Positions 1 through 13,684 of a DNA stretch of 64,000 nucleotides are shown here, one piece after another; within the stretch, counting starts at the first letter, position 1; each line of letters starts with the position of its first letter. Source of the DNA: the human T2T-CHM13v2.0 reference genome, Homo sapiens. Location of the stretch: the NCBI RefSeq assembly GCF_009914755.1, contig NC_060947.1. One strand, given 5' to 3'. The position numbers were made by a program, and so were the translations under genes. Under the pieces are notes generated by a model that saw nothing but the letters and a program-made list of their open reading frames with translations, searched no databases and was not told the origin of the DNA.

Positions 1-325
1 CATCTACTAAAGATGTACTATCTTTTCTTTCTCCCAAATTCCTTTCAATATCATATTGATTTCTTTTCAACACTTTGGCTTTTTTTTAGGAAGAAACTTA
101 ATCTGAGAGATCAACTTTGTTTTTTCCCAAGAACCATAGACCAAACTTGAATATTCAAGATGCAAAGCATAAAAATTATTTTGTTCTTAGTCAGTTAACT
201 AGTAAACAAGTAAACAGTAGCATAAATACTGGTGAAAAGTATTAAATCATTTAGATTTTAGCATCAATCCATAGCATTTAACTGAGTGCCTAGAGTGCCT
301 TCTTGGTGTTCAGTTTTGTGTCAAG

Positions 326-530
326 GAGGCAGCATTATGTAATGATTAAGAGCATTGGCTCTGAAAACAGATTGAGTTCAAAATCTGACTCTACTTCATA
401 TTATTTGTATGACCTTATACAAATCACTTTTTATCTGTGTGACTTAGTTTTTCTGATCTGTATGGAAGAAATGTGATCATATATGTAAGGCAGTTAGAAC
501 AGTGGCTGGCACTGTTAGCTCCCAATAAGT
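326..530 (+). mobile_element. MIR SINE relic
   Basis: MIR-like core: gaggcagcattatgtaatgattaagagcattggctctg...gagttcaaaatctgactctac...tgtatgacctt...tctgta; boundaries approximate. Confidence 0.75.
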
Positions 531-652
531 TATTAGGTATCCTTCTACTTAGGGTGAAAATGGAGATTAAACCATGGTCCATACCCAAATAAACTTAGTC
601 TACCTAAGAAGACATGACATACATAAATGATACAAGGCCAGAGAATATATAT

Positions 653-656
<4 letters not shown>

Positions 657-702
<46 letters not shown>
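657..702. repeat. (TA)n microsatellite, about 23 units
   Basis: Uninterrupted TA run seen directly. Confidence 0.98.
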
Positions 703-703
<1 letters not shown>

Positions 704-1074
704 TATTAACAGAAACATTATTAAAGCCATTGGGAGTCAAGAATATAGAAGATAAATGTGGACTGGACTTTTATCTAAACCTCATGGAGAAAATGAATAA
801 CAGTCTGAATATCTAGAGAGGAATGGGGAAATAGCATAGATTGCATAGTGGCAGGAATTAACATAGCTTGTATTAAAGAAGCTTGATTGCCTAAAAAGGG
901 AAGATACTGGTGAAGTTACCAACAACAAAAGCAGACATAAAGATGGGATCAAATTATGGAGAATTTTAAATGCCAGTCTAAAGAATTAATATTATTGTAC
1001 CTTTTTTCTTGAAGCATAGTTATACTCTGTGTTGTCGCTATTTGTGCATATGGTTTATCTGCCTTACTTGAGTA

Positions 1075-1245
1075 TAAGCTCCTAGATAGAAGGAACCATA
1101 CTAATTTCATTTCTTGATTCCCGTGTATCCCTCTGACTGTGCTCCACCACATACACACACACACAAACACAAACTCACCATAGTGCCTAGCACTGTGTCA
1201 TGTAGTAGGTGTTGAATATGCACTGAATGTGTAAAAGAATGAGTT
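1075..1245 (+). mobile_element. L2 3' end relic with internal (CA)n; further opposite-strand L2-like pieces nearby (approx. 700-1010 and 1330-1480)
   Basis: taagctcc...gtatccc...atagtgcctagcactgtg...tagtaggtgttgaata...tgaatg resembles the L2 3' terminus. Confidence 0.6.
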
Positions 1246-1870
1246 AGTTGACATACAAGTGATCCGTTGATCAATATGGAGTCACTGAGTTATTTAATTA
1301 AGGCTATGGATTCAGGTAAGTACTATTTCAGAAATATTTACCTCATGTTATTTTACAGGCTTGGTAGGAGAGGGTGATTCTAAAGGTAGGCAAACTAGGA
1401 GGTGGCAGGTTGTCAGTATATACTTGGCAATTAAAACTATACCTAGAATTGCATCAGCAAATGTGCAGTTATGAAAAACAGCAATGTATTTATTCATTTA
1501 TTTGGCCTTTTATTGAGACAAGGAGAGGATAGTTTGTGTAGTATAGGATTTAGAACACTGATAAGTTAAGTGGGAATCACCCAGTGCTCCCTGAGAGGCT
1601 TTTGAAAATACTATGGTAAAGATAAATGCATAAAGAAGTGCCTTTCATTTAAAACATCGCCTTTGACTAGGATGGTTGCCAGAAATGTGTATGTGTTTGT
1701 GTTTTTTCTCATATGATAGTAGCATGAAGCTGACTTCCCTTTTACCGCTAGGCTTGAAAAGTTTCAAAAGTCTTTTTTTTTTTTTAAATCCTCACCCAAG
1801 AAACCATGAAGTTCAAGTCTTTTCCAAAATTGGTTAAATGTATTATTTAATTCTTTATCTCAATTCACAG

Positions 1871-2394
1871 ATAAAGATACATATAACAACTATGTGTTAC
1901 CCTCTCTTGCATCGCAGCTTTCAAAGAGTTTCCTATGGTCTCCTTACTACCAAGGAGGTTGTCAGGGAAAAAGAAAAACAAAGAAAGAACATTCTGGCAC
2001 TCCTCAAAACAGACAGATGTTGGCTCTAAAAGCTCCTCAGATATCACTCTCTGGATTATTTACAGACACACACCCGCCATGACCCTCCAACATGGTAGCC
2101 TAACTGGCAGCTGAGCTGCAGGAAGCACCACTCAAATCATACCCACTGACTCTCAAAGAGGAATTTCTCTGTACAGGTCACCAGAAATTCATAGAACACT
2201 AAGCTGTGACCATACAGATCCTTGAAGTCTAATAATAGGTCATGAGTGTTGCATGAACATGGTCCTTGTCCTTTAGGGAAAACAGCCAAAATTGTAATGG
2301 AAAAATATTGATCAGTTCATAAGTAGATATAACTATACTGACAAACGCATTTTGGGGATGTGAAATAACAAGAGACAATCCATGTATAGATAAT
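1871..2394 (+). pseudogene. Candidate disrupted exon of an unidentified gene
   Basis: Not a repeat I recognise. Acceptor ttctttatctcaattcacAG ends at 1870; donor AAT|GTAAGT at 2395. One frame (KDTYNNYVLPSLASQLSKSF...) is open to 2082 and an overlapping frame continues with stops. Confidence 0.35.
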
Positions 2395-2583
2395 GTAAGT
2401 CTATAGAGTTTGGTAAGCTCTCATTTGATGATTTCCTGAAAATCCTCATGAAAGCTATAGATGTGAAATCATCAGGGCTGCTCAAACACCTATGTCACTG
2501 CTATCCTCAGGGGTAGGACTCAATAACATCTGTGTCATCAAATGATTAAAGAAGGTTTGCATTGCTTTATTGAAATTATTTTT

Positions 2584-2866
2584 AGCCGATCACGATGGCC
2601 CACGCCTGTAATCCCAACCCTGTAAGAGGCCCAGCTAGATCACTTAAGGCCAGGAGTTTGAGATCAGCCTGGCCAACATGGCGAAACTCCATCTCTACTA
2701 AAAACACAAAAATTAGCCAGGCATGGTGGCACATGCCTGTAGTCCTAGCTACTCCCTGAGGCAGGAGAATCGTTTGAGCCAGGAGGCAGTGGTTGCAGTG
2801 AGCTGAGATCGTGCCACTGCACTTCAGCCTGGGTGACAGAGACTCCATCTCAAAAAATAAAAAAAA
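2584..2866 (+). mobile_element. Alu (AluS/J class) with small internal deletions
   Basis: cacgcctgtaatccca...ctactaaaaacacaaaaattagcc...gcagtgagctgagatcgtgccactgcac, A-tail. Confidence 0.97.
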
Positions 2867-3097
2867 GTACTTTGGCAAGTTAGCAAAAAGGAACTATGTT
2901 TAGCAAGCAAGTCTTTTCATGCTTTTCAAATAATACCCTGTGATAAGATGCCCTATTCTGCCTTCATATGAAGCAAACCAAAACTAAAATATGTATCTTA
3001 AAGGATAGTTAATTGTGCCTGAAAACTACTGCTTTGAGTGGCTATTGCCGGGAGAATAAAATTGCCAGAGAGCTCTTATCTTTAGGTCATGTATCTT

Positions 3098-3526
3098 TTT
3101 TTTTTTTTTTTTTTTTATACTTTTGAGTTCTAGGTTACATGTGCACAACGTGCAGGTTTGTTACATATGTATACATGTGCCATGTTGGTGTGCTGCACCC
3201 ATTAACTCGTCATTTACATTAGGTATATCTCCTAATGTTTTCCCTCCCCCCTCCCCCCACCCCACAACAGGCCCCGGTGTGTGATGTTCCCCTTCCTGTG
3301 TCCAAGTGTCCTCATTGTTCAATTCCCACCTATGAGTGAGAACATGCAGAGTTTGGTTTTTTGTTCTTGTGATAGTTTGCTGAGAATGATGGTTTCCAGC
3401 TTCATCCATGTCCCTACAAAGGAAATGAACTCATCCTTTTTTATGGCTGTATAGTATTCCATGGTGTATATGTGCCACATTTTCTTAATCCAGTCTGTCA
3501 TTGAAGTGGGGGAAGGATATGAATAA
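3098..3526 (-). mobile_element. 5'-truncated L1PA 3' end with a tiny inverted 5' segment and 15-bp TSD
   Basis: Poly-T, L1PA 3'UTR and ORF2 C-terminus (ORF 3319..3534 WIKKMWHIYTMEYY). TSD TAGGTCATGTATCTT at 3083-3097 and 3527-3541. Confidence 0.95.
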
Positions 3527-4174
3527 TAGGTCATGTATCTTAAATGAAGTTCAAAGAAGACACTGAAGATCCTGTAATATTTGCTGTACCAAGAGCTTTG
3601 AAATTATTTAAGATTTGCAGAAAGAGGAGTGTGATACCAAGAGGAGTGAGGCAAACAGTGTTTATAGGAAAGAAACTAATATTGGTAAACATGATGGATG
3701 GAACAAATCTCAAGCTACCAAAGTTAACATGGAGGCTGCTGGACTCTAGTACCTAGGATGAGCTGATGAGAACCAAGATTATAATGACAATGGATTAAGT
3801 TCCTTGGTGCATGTGCCATGACAAAAGCCTTCAGTAGAGTGGGTTAACCTAAACCTGCACTTGGAGGGAATGGGTTTGTATGTTCAGTAAAACTCTAAAC
3901 ACCACTTGACTTGTGACACTTGTTTACACTTGTTTCATGATTGACTATGTATTATTACACATGGCTCACTTATCTTTGAAATCAGAAGCAATGTCATGGG
4001 TGAAATATTCCTTATCAGCCAACCAGAAGTTATTGAATAGGCATCATCTTATCCCCTGGAAATAGAAAGGAGAATATTACATTATAATTTTGGAAAGAAT
4101 CTTGGAAAACTCCTCAGAAAAGTTAAACTATTTTCTCATTTTCTTTGAAATCATTTCTTTCTCATTCCTGCTAT

Positions 4175-5283
<1,109 letters not shown>

Positions 5284-6042
5284 CTATGGGCTAAATGCTA
5301 ATATCAAAGTTGACCCTCCAATTAATATATAGTAAAAATCTTCAAAGCACACTTTTCAGGATGTTCTCCTCTTTCTTGAACCCAGGTTTACATGCTGGTA
5401 AGTAAATATCATGTAAAGAAAAAATAATTAGGGTCTAAAGGGAGAATATGGCCGTGTCAAAATAGCAGAATTTAATTTACTTACATACACCCACACAAAC
5501 ACACATAGTCCTATCTGATCAAAATGCTAGTTTTAAACTAATGTAGTATGGAAGTTTAAAATTACATGACAAATTTTCCATATGTTAAAAGAATTCTCTA
5601 CATTTTAGAATGCTTTAACATTTCGAAATTTCTTCTCTCTTCATAAAATTTGTAAATCCCCATGACAAGAAAAGAATGAAGCTTTTACTATACCCATTTT
5701 ATAGATTCCATAACATACCAAGAGATAAGTGCCTCTTGCCAGTTAGTAAGACATGGAACAGTTTCTAAACTCAAGTCTCTCTTTCCCAATCTACTTCTCT
5801 GTCTCTTATACTTTGCTGCTACATCAATCAATAAATAAACAGGTCTTATTTGTGCACTCACAGCAGCTTTGTCTTGAAGTCTGAGGTTAAAAGGATGTTG
5901 AGTCGTCTGCCTGTTTTGTGAATGTTCTCCAATATACCAACTGATACACTCACAGGTTTCTTCTCAAAAGGTAGCAAAGACCACCAGGTGGGAGTGACTC
6001 ATCTTGTCTCTTGCCCTTTTTCCCATGCACTTGGTCATGCAT

Positions 6043-6404
6043 TGTACTATTCCAGTTTCAAATTGCTATAAAGAACTGCCTGAGACTGGGTAATTTATAA
6101 AGACCTCACAGTTCCATATGACTGAGAGGCTTCAGGAAACTTACAATCATGGCTGAAGGTGAGGGGGAAGCAAGGACCTTCTTCATGTGGTGGCAAGAGA
6201 GAGAAGTGCTAGCAAGAGCAGGGAAAGCTGCCTTATTAAACCATCAGATCTTGTGAGCACTTACTCACTATCACAAGAATAGCATGGGAGAAATTGCCCC
6301 CGTGATCCTATCACCTCTCACTGAGTTCCTCCCTTGACAAATGGGGATTATGGTGATTACGATTCCAGATGAGATTTGGGTAGGGACAGAGCCAAACCAT
6401 ATTA
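6043..6404 (-). mobile_element. MaLR solo LTR (THE1C/D-like)
   Basis: tgctataaagaactgcctgagactgggtaatttataaag...caggaaacttacaatcatgg...gagatttgggt...gccaaaccata; 5-bp TSD TGCAT (6038-6042, 6405-6409). Confidence 0.92.
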
Positions 6405-6869
6405 TGCATCAACTTTTATTCCTTTTTTGGTTCATTGTCTATAGCTAATTGTAATTATTACAAGAGGTTTTGAAATGAAAACGCTTCGTTAATTATCATG
6501 GAGTGCAAAATAGTTAACTTGACTGAATGTACTTCTCAGTTTTTGGTGTTTGACTTTAATACCCTCAAAATAAATAGGCAGATAAAAATAAAAATCAGCT
6601 ACCATTTTATTGTGAATGAATTATGACAGTTAAATAGATGGAGCAATAGTGTAATTTCACTCAACAATTCATGTTCAGGATTTCTGGACACCTACACTAA
6701 ATATTTTGTCTCATCTTCGAGAGATTTTAGTTTCTAGCATGCCGAAAGGGGTCTTGTTTAAGGTCTTCTACAAAGAACATAAAGGAAAAATATATAGTGA
6801 GGTTCTGATAGAATGAAACTATACTTTTTGTTTAGGTCTTTATTGGCTTATTAATAATATAATAAGGGA

Positions 6870-7075
6870 TTTTAAAACACTTTACAGTTTATAAGGCATT
6901 TGTACACCAAATGTTTGATTTAATCCTCACAATTATTTGGAAAGTGGATAACATTTATTCACTTTAACAGCTAAGGGCATTGAAGCTCAGAGGAATCGAA
7001 TGTCTTAACCAAATTGAGAAAGCTGTTAAGTACCAGATCTTCTGATTGCACATAAAGAGCACTCTACTCTAGATG
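6870..7075 (-). mobile_element. MIR relic (another at approx. 5600-5820)
   Basis: actttacagtttataaggcattt...atttaatcctcacaa...tgaagctcagagg. Confidence 0.7.
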
Positions 7076-7179
7076 AGGACTGTTTTTCAGGATACCTTGA
7101 TGTCTGTACCCCCGAATGAGCTTCTACATCTTATGTGAAATTTACAGGTCAACAGTCTGTTTCTAACATTGCTTTAAGC

Positions 7180-7363
7180 CAGTGGTTCTTAAACTATAAT
7201 GTGCATAACAATTCCTGATAACTTTTTTAAACTGTATATTCTTGGCTCCCACTCCCACTTCCCAAATGTTTTGACCCAGTAAGTCCGTATTTGGACAAAG
7301 ATTATGCATGTTAACAAGCACCAGATGATTCTGATGTAGGTGGCCCACAGTTTGAGAAGCACT
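7180..7363. mobile_element. MER5A-like hAT-Charlie non-autonomous DNA transposon
   Basis: Terminal inverted repeats cagtggttcttaaact ... agtttgagaagcacta; internal tgcatgttaacaagcacc-agatgattctgatg. Confidence 0.85.
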
Positions 7364-9097
7364 AATAACAGAGAATATCATTGGTGAAACCCTTGGTCTG
7401 ATTTTGGTATTTTTCCTCCTGCTCTGTTCCAATAACAACAGCAAAAAACACCATGCCTTCAAAATAATGAAAACAAAGCAGATTCTTAATTTAGTTTTGA
7501 TTTGCTGGGTTTTCTTCCCTCGGAATATTTCATTTTTTTACTGCTCAATATCTGAGCTTAATAGGATAATTTGAGAACATGAAGTTCCTCACTATCTGTA
7601 AACCAGAAAGTAATTTTGTTTATGAGGTTTTCCATTTTAGTTCAACCCAAAAGTCTATGGAAAATACCTCATTAAGAGACATTAGGCACAGGATAGATTT
7701 TCTAAATCTATTATTACAAATATAAATTTACAAATATGTATATAAATTTACTAAGAATTTAGCATAGGAAATAAAAGTTTCTCTGCCAGTTATGCACTCT
7801 AAAATATCTGAAGCAGTGGCATTCAGAGGATGTCTGTCATAATTTTATTATACATATAAAATTGTTCATCTATGAATCATTTGAATATGTTGATTGCTGA
7901 CAGAATTTGAAAATATAGTATTTACCTATTTAAAGATATTGCCTTAAGTTTTATATAGAATGGCCTCCTATTATTCAAGCTGTCCTGTTTTCTCATAGAA
8001 AAAAAATTTAAAGGCAGTGCTCATGAACATAATTTAATGGTAAGTGTTTTAACACAAACTTTCTCTCAAGTGATCTAAAAACATGTAAGTAGCTGGCGTG
8101 AATAGGAAAATAAAAGGATGTTTATCGGAGGAGAATAGTAATATAGCCACATGGTGATTTTAAAAGTACAAGATAAGATATGTTTGCTTGAAATGTCAGG
8201 GTAATCAGTAGAACAATAAAAATCATCTGTATACTTTCCAAACTATGATGGGGGAAAAAGAACACATAAAACCTGCTCAAACCCAAGAATATGAAAGAAA
8301 TAAAAGAAATGAAAGCACTGCAAACAAGTCAGCAAACAAACAAAAAATACAAGAAAATAAAATAGCAGGAAAAGCCCAAACATATCAATAATACATGTAA
8401 ATGGGTTTTATTCTTTTATTAGAAGAAGAAGCTCTGTTCAGTGCAATGTTTCCACATTTTATTTTGTTGTTAATTCATCAAGTCCTTACTTGAACACCAT
8501 TCCATTTAATGCCTTCACCTTTGAGTTTAAAAAATATTAGATAAGATGGTACTTCAACTCTGTGGGAATCAGATTTTTCAAAATCAGGATGAGCAGGAGA
8601 ATTTCTAAAGTTCTTTCTAGGTTTCACAAATAAGAATTCAAAAGCCAAATAATAGAAGAGAAGTTCATATTTTAGATAGGGTAGTCAGAGAAGGTCTGAC
8701 TACCACTATATACATGGTGACATTTAAGCAGTGGCCTGAAAAAAGGGATGGAGCAAATAATGGACATATCTGAGAAAATAACGTTCCTGACAGGACTATA
8801 ATAGTGGGAATTTATGATGAATTTCCAAAAGTTTAGTCCTTCCTATTAGTAACTGTCTACACACTTTGTTTTAAACTTACTGCCCAGATTGTATCCACTC
8901 TATACTTTGAAATGTCGCCTTCACAAAAATCCATAAATGAAAGCAAATATCATTGTTTCAACATTATTGTACTCTAATTACTTCAAAATAATTATGAGAA
9001 ATTATTTTGAATTAGTGAAAAGCCCAAATTTCCTATTTTGATTAATAAGTATATCTTAATTAGATTTGTTGAATCGCAGCAAGTTAGTGCTAAAAAG

Positions 9098-9520
9098 ATA
9101 ATTCACAATTGCAAAAATATAGAAGCAACCTAAATGAGTGGAGAAAGAAAATGTAGTATATATACACCATGGAATACTAGACAGCCATAAAAAGGAATGA
9201 AATAATGGCCTTTGCAGCATTTTGGTTGAGCTGGAGGCCACTATTCTAAGTGAAGTAACTCAGGAGTGAAAAATCAAATATCGTGTGTTCTCACTTATAA
9301 GTGGGAGCCAAGCAATGTGGGTGCAAAGGCATAAGAATGATATAATGGACTTTGGGGACTTGGGGGGAAGTAGGAGGTGAGGAATAAAAAGACTACATAT
9401 TGAGTACAGTGTACACTGTTTAGATCATGAATGCACCAAAATCTCATCAATCACCTCTAAAGAACTTATCCATGTAACCAAAAAACGCCTGTACCTCAAA
9501 AACTACTGAAATATAAAAAG
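9098..9520 (+). mobile_element. L1PB-type 3' end
   Basis: ccatggaatactag...gaagtaactcagga...ataagaatgatataatggactttgggga...; degenerate TSD aagttagtgctaaaa / aggttagtgttagaa. Confidence 0.9.
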
Positions 9521-9605
9521 AAGGTTAGTGTTAGAAAGGACCTGGAAAAAATTTTACAAGCCTCTCATTTTAAAAATGAAGTAAAATAAGGAATTACTAA
9601 ATTCC

Positions 9606-9680
9606 TTATTTTAATAAGGACATTATTATTTTAATAAAGACATTATTATTTTAATAAGAACATTGTTATTTTAATAAGGA
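9606..9680. repeat. 20-bp tandem repeat (TTATTTTAATAAGGACATTA, about 3.7 copies)
   Basis: Seen directly. Confidence 0.9.
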
Positions 9681-10142
9681 ACCCCTTACTAAATAGTGTG
9701 TCCTTTTAACTGAGACATGATTTGCCAGTTCAACGATGTATGGCTATATTAATTGGTAGTTTCTGAAACGAAAAAGACAGTATATTGGCAACAGTATCAA
9801 CATTGTATATTTAGCCAATAGCATAAATAAAAAAGATGGTGGAGACGATGTATGTGCATCACTATCAGTCAACGAATGTCATAATTCTAAATGTATTGTT
9901 TTTAACAATGATACTTTAGGGAAAGGCATATATAATAATACTGAACTCATAAATAAGGTTTCTCAGTTTTGACTTAGTGCATTTTGGGCTATCTCATTGT
10001 GCATACTAAGTGAAGAAAAGAGGTATAAAATAACTCCACAGTCTTACTGTTTTTAGTTATATGAGTGTTCTGTTTGAAATCTCTGAACATCCCTTTGGGA
10101 AAGGATTGTAACAGTTTTGCTTAGTCTTTTTAAAAAAATCGC

Positions 10143-13100
10143 TTTTATTTCAATAGCTTTTGGGGTACAAATCATTTTTGGTTACATGGATAAATTATAT
10201 GGTGGTGAATTCTGAGATTTTACTGTGCCTGTGACCTGAATAGTGTATGTTGTACCCAATATGCAGGTTTTTATCCCATGCCCCCCTTTCACTGTCCCAC
10301 TTCTGAGTCTCCAAAGTCCATTATATCACTCTGTATGCCTTTGTGTATTCATAGCTTAGCTCCCACTTATAAGTGAGAGCATACGGTGTTTGGTTTTCTT
10401 ATTCTGAGTTACCTCATTTAGACTAATGCCCTCCAGTTCCTTCCAAGTTGCTGCAAAATACATTATTTTGCTCCTTTTATGGCTGAGTAGTATTCCATGG
10501 GGTTTATATACCACATTTTTTTAATCCACTTATTGGTCAATGGGCACTTAGGTTGGTTCCATGTCTTTACAATTGTGAATTGGGCTGCAATTAACATATG
10601 TGTGCATGAGTCTTTTACATGTAACAACTTATTTTCTTTCGGGTAGATACCCAATAGTGGGATTGCTGGATCAAATGAAAAATCTACTTTCAGCTCTTTA
10701 AGGACTCTCCATGTTGTTTTTCATAGAGATTGTACTAATTTACATTCCCACTAGCTGTGTACAAATTTTGCATTTTCACCACATTTAAGCCAACATCTAT
10801 TGTTTTTTGATTTTTTAAATAGTAGCCACTCTTCTAGGAGTAGGTGGTATCTCATTGTGGCTTTAATTTGCATTTCCCTGATAATTAGTGACGTTGAGCA
10901 TTTTTTTCAAGTTTGTTGGCCATTTGTATATCTTCTTTTGAGAAATGCCTATTTATATCCTTTGCCCACTTTTGGATGGGATTGTTTGTTTCTTGCTGAT
11001 TTGTTTGAGTTCCCTGTAGATTCTGAATATTAGTCCTTTGTCAAATGCATAGTTTATGAATATTTTCTCCCCTCTATGGGTTGTCGGTTTATTCCGTTGA
11101 TTATTTCTTTGGCTGTACAGAAGCTTTTCAGTTTAATTAGGTCTCATTTATTTATTTTTGTTTTGGTAACATTTGCTTTTGGGGTCTTAGTAATAAATTC
11201 TTTGCTTAGACCAATTTTCAGAAGAGTTTTTCCTAGGTATTCTTTTAGAATTTTTATGGTGTCAGGTCTTAGATTTAAGTCTTTGATCCATCTTGAGTTG
11301 ATTTTTATTGATGGTGAAAGACAGGGATCCAGTTTTGCTTTTCTACATGTGGCTCTCCAGTTTTCTCAGCACCATTTATTAAACAGGTTTTCCTATCCTC
11401 AATGTATGTTTTCATATGCTTTGTTGAAGATTAGTTGGTTTTAAGTATTTGGCTTATTTCTGGGTCCTCTATTTTATTCCATTGGATTATGTGCCTACCT
11501 TTTACCAGTACCATACTGCTTTGGTAATTATAGTCTTGTAGTATAACTTGAAGTCTGGCAATGTGATGTCTCCAGATTGGTTCTTTTTGTTTAGCATTGC
11601 TTTAAATATTCAGGCTCTTTTTTGGTTCCATATGAATTTTAGGGTTTTTTTTTTCCTAATTCTGTTAAAATAATGTTGGTATTTTGATGGGAATTACATT
11701 GAATCTGTAGATTTCTTTGTGCATTATGGTCTTTTGCACAATATTGATTCTCCTAATTAATGAGCATGGGATGTGTTTCTATTTGTTTGTGTCATCTATG
11801 ATTTCTTCAGCAGTGTTTTGAGTTCTTCTTATAGGGATTTTTCACCACCTTGGTTAAGTATATTCCTAGGTATTTTTTAATTTGCAGCTGTTTTAAAAGG
11901 TATTGAGTTCTTAATTTGATTCTCAGCCTGGTTGTTGTTGGTGTATAGCAGTGCTATTGATTTGTGTACATTAATTTTGTAACCTGAGCCTTTATAGAAT
12001 TCACTTCTTAAATCCAAGAGTCTTTTGGTGTGGTCTTTAGGATTTTCTAGCTATATGATAATATCATCTGCAAACAGCAATAGTTTGAATTCCTCTTTTC
12101 TGATTTTGATGTACTTTATTTCTTTGTCTTGCCTGATTGCTCTTGCCAAGACTTCCAGTACTATGTTGAATAGAAATGGTGAAAGTGGGCATACGTATCT
12201 TGTTGCAGTTCTCAGGGGAAATGCTTTCAACTTTTCCCTATTCAGTATGCTGCTGGCTGTGAGTTTGTCATTGATGGCTTTTATTATTTTAAGGTAGGTC
12301 CCTTCTATGTCTAGTTTGTTGAGGATTTTTCTCATAAAGGGATGCTGGATTTTATAAAATGCTGTTGGATTTAGTTAGCAAGTATTTTGTTGAGGATTTT
12401 TGCATCTACATTAATCAGAGATATTAGCATGTAGTTTTCTTTTTTCACTATGTCCTTTCCTTGTTTTGGTATCAGGGTGGTACTGGCTTCATAGAATGAT
12501 TCAAGGATTCCCTCTATCTCAATCTTTTGTTATAGTTTCAGTAGGAATGGTACTAATTTATCTTTGAGTGTCTGGTAAAATTCAGCTGTGAATTCCTCTG
12601 GCCCTTGGCTTATTTTTCGGTTGGCAATTCTTTATTACTGACTTTATGTCATTGCTTGTGATTAGTCTGTTCAAGGTCTCTATTTCTTCCTATTTTAATC
12701 TAGGAGGGTTGTATGTTTCCCAGAATTGATCTATTTCCTCTAAGTTTTCTGGCTTGTGTGCAGAGAAGTGCTCATAATAGTCTCAAATGATCTTTTGAAT
12801 TTCTGTGGTGTCAGTTGTAATGTCTCCAGTTTTCATTCCTAATTGAGATTGTTTGAATCTTCTCTCTTTGTTTCTTGGTTAATCTAGCTAATGGTCTATC
12901 AATTTTGTTTAACTTTTCAAAGAACCAGATTTTTGTTTTATTGATCTTTTGTATTATTTCTTTTCTGTTTCAATTTTATTTAAGATCTGGTCTGATCTTT
13001 TTTATTTCTTTTCTTCTGCTAGCTTTGGGTTCAGTTAGTTCTTGTATCTCTATTTTTTTGAGGTATGAGGTTATCAATTTGTGATCTTTCAGACTTTTTG

Positions 13101-13168
13101 GTGTATGTATTTTGTGCTATAAACTTTCCTCTTAGTACTGCTTCTGCTGTATCACAGAAGTTTTGATA
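10143..13168 (-). mobile_element. L1PB-type element, 5'-truncated, about 3 kb of degraded ORF2 and 3'UTR
   Basis: ORFs 12051..12335 ([27 protein letters not shown]...LLFADD) and 10463..10654 are L1 ORF2 remnants. Confidence 0.95.
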
Positions 13169-13295
13169 AAAATTACCTGTGAATAAACCAGTTTTAAAAT
13201 AAAACATCCATAGTGCATTCCTTCTTAATAGAAGTCAGAGTAGGATATGCACTTCAACTTGGAGTGACTATTCTTACTTCTTGTTTTACTAAGCC

Positions 13296-13550
13296 AGTGT
13301 AGAACATTGGTTAAAATCAAATATAAACTCGGGAATCAGACTAGTAGAGTCTGAATTCCTGTTTCATCAATTAACACTCTGTGACCTTGGGCAAGTGACT
13401 TCACTATTCTGTTCTTATTTTATTTATCTGTAAAATGAGGGTAGTAGTAGTATCTACTTCAAAGAAGTACTGTGAGGATTAAATGCGTTGATTTGTGTAA
13501 AGTATTTAGCATATTAACAGGTTCATAGTAACCAGTCAATACATATTATC
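13296..13550 (+). mobile_element. MIR
   Basis: ctctgtgaccttgggcaagtgacttcac...tctgtaaaatgagggtagtagtagtatctacttca...tgtgaggattaaatg. Confidence 0.9.
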
Positions 13551-13684
13551 TAGTCTTTATTCTTCATCTTTTTCTCCCTTAACCTCAAGACAGCTGAGAG
13601 GAATATATCCCTACCCTTCTTACACTTGTAATAATATACAAGGTTAACCAAAACAAATTATTTTTTGAAGTTCATCTTTGAGAA

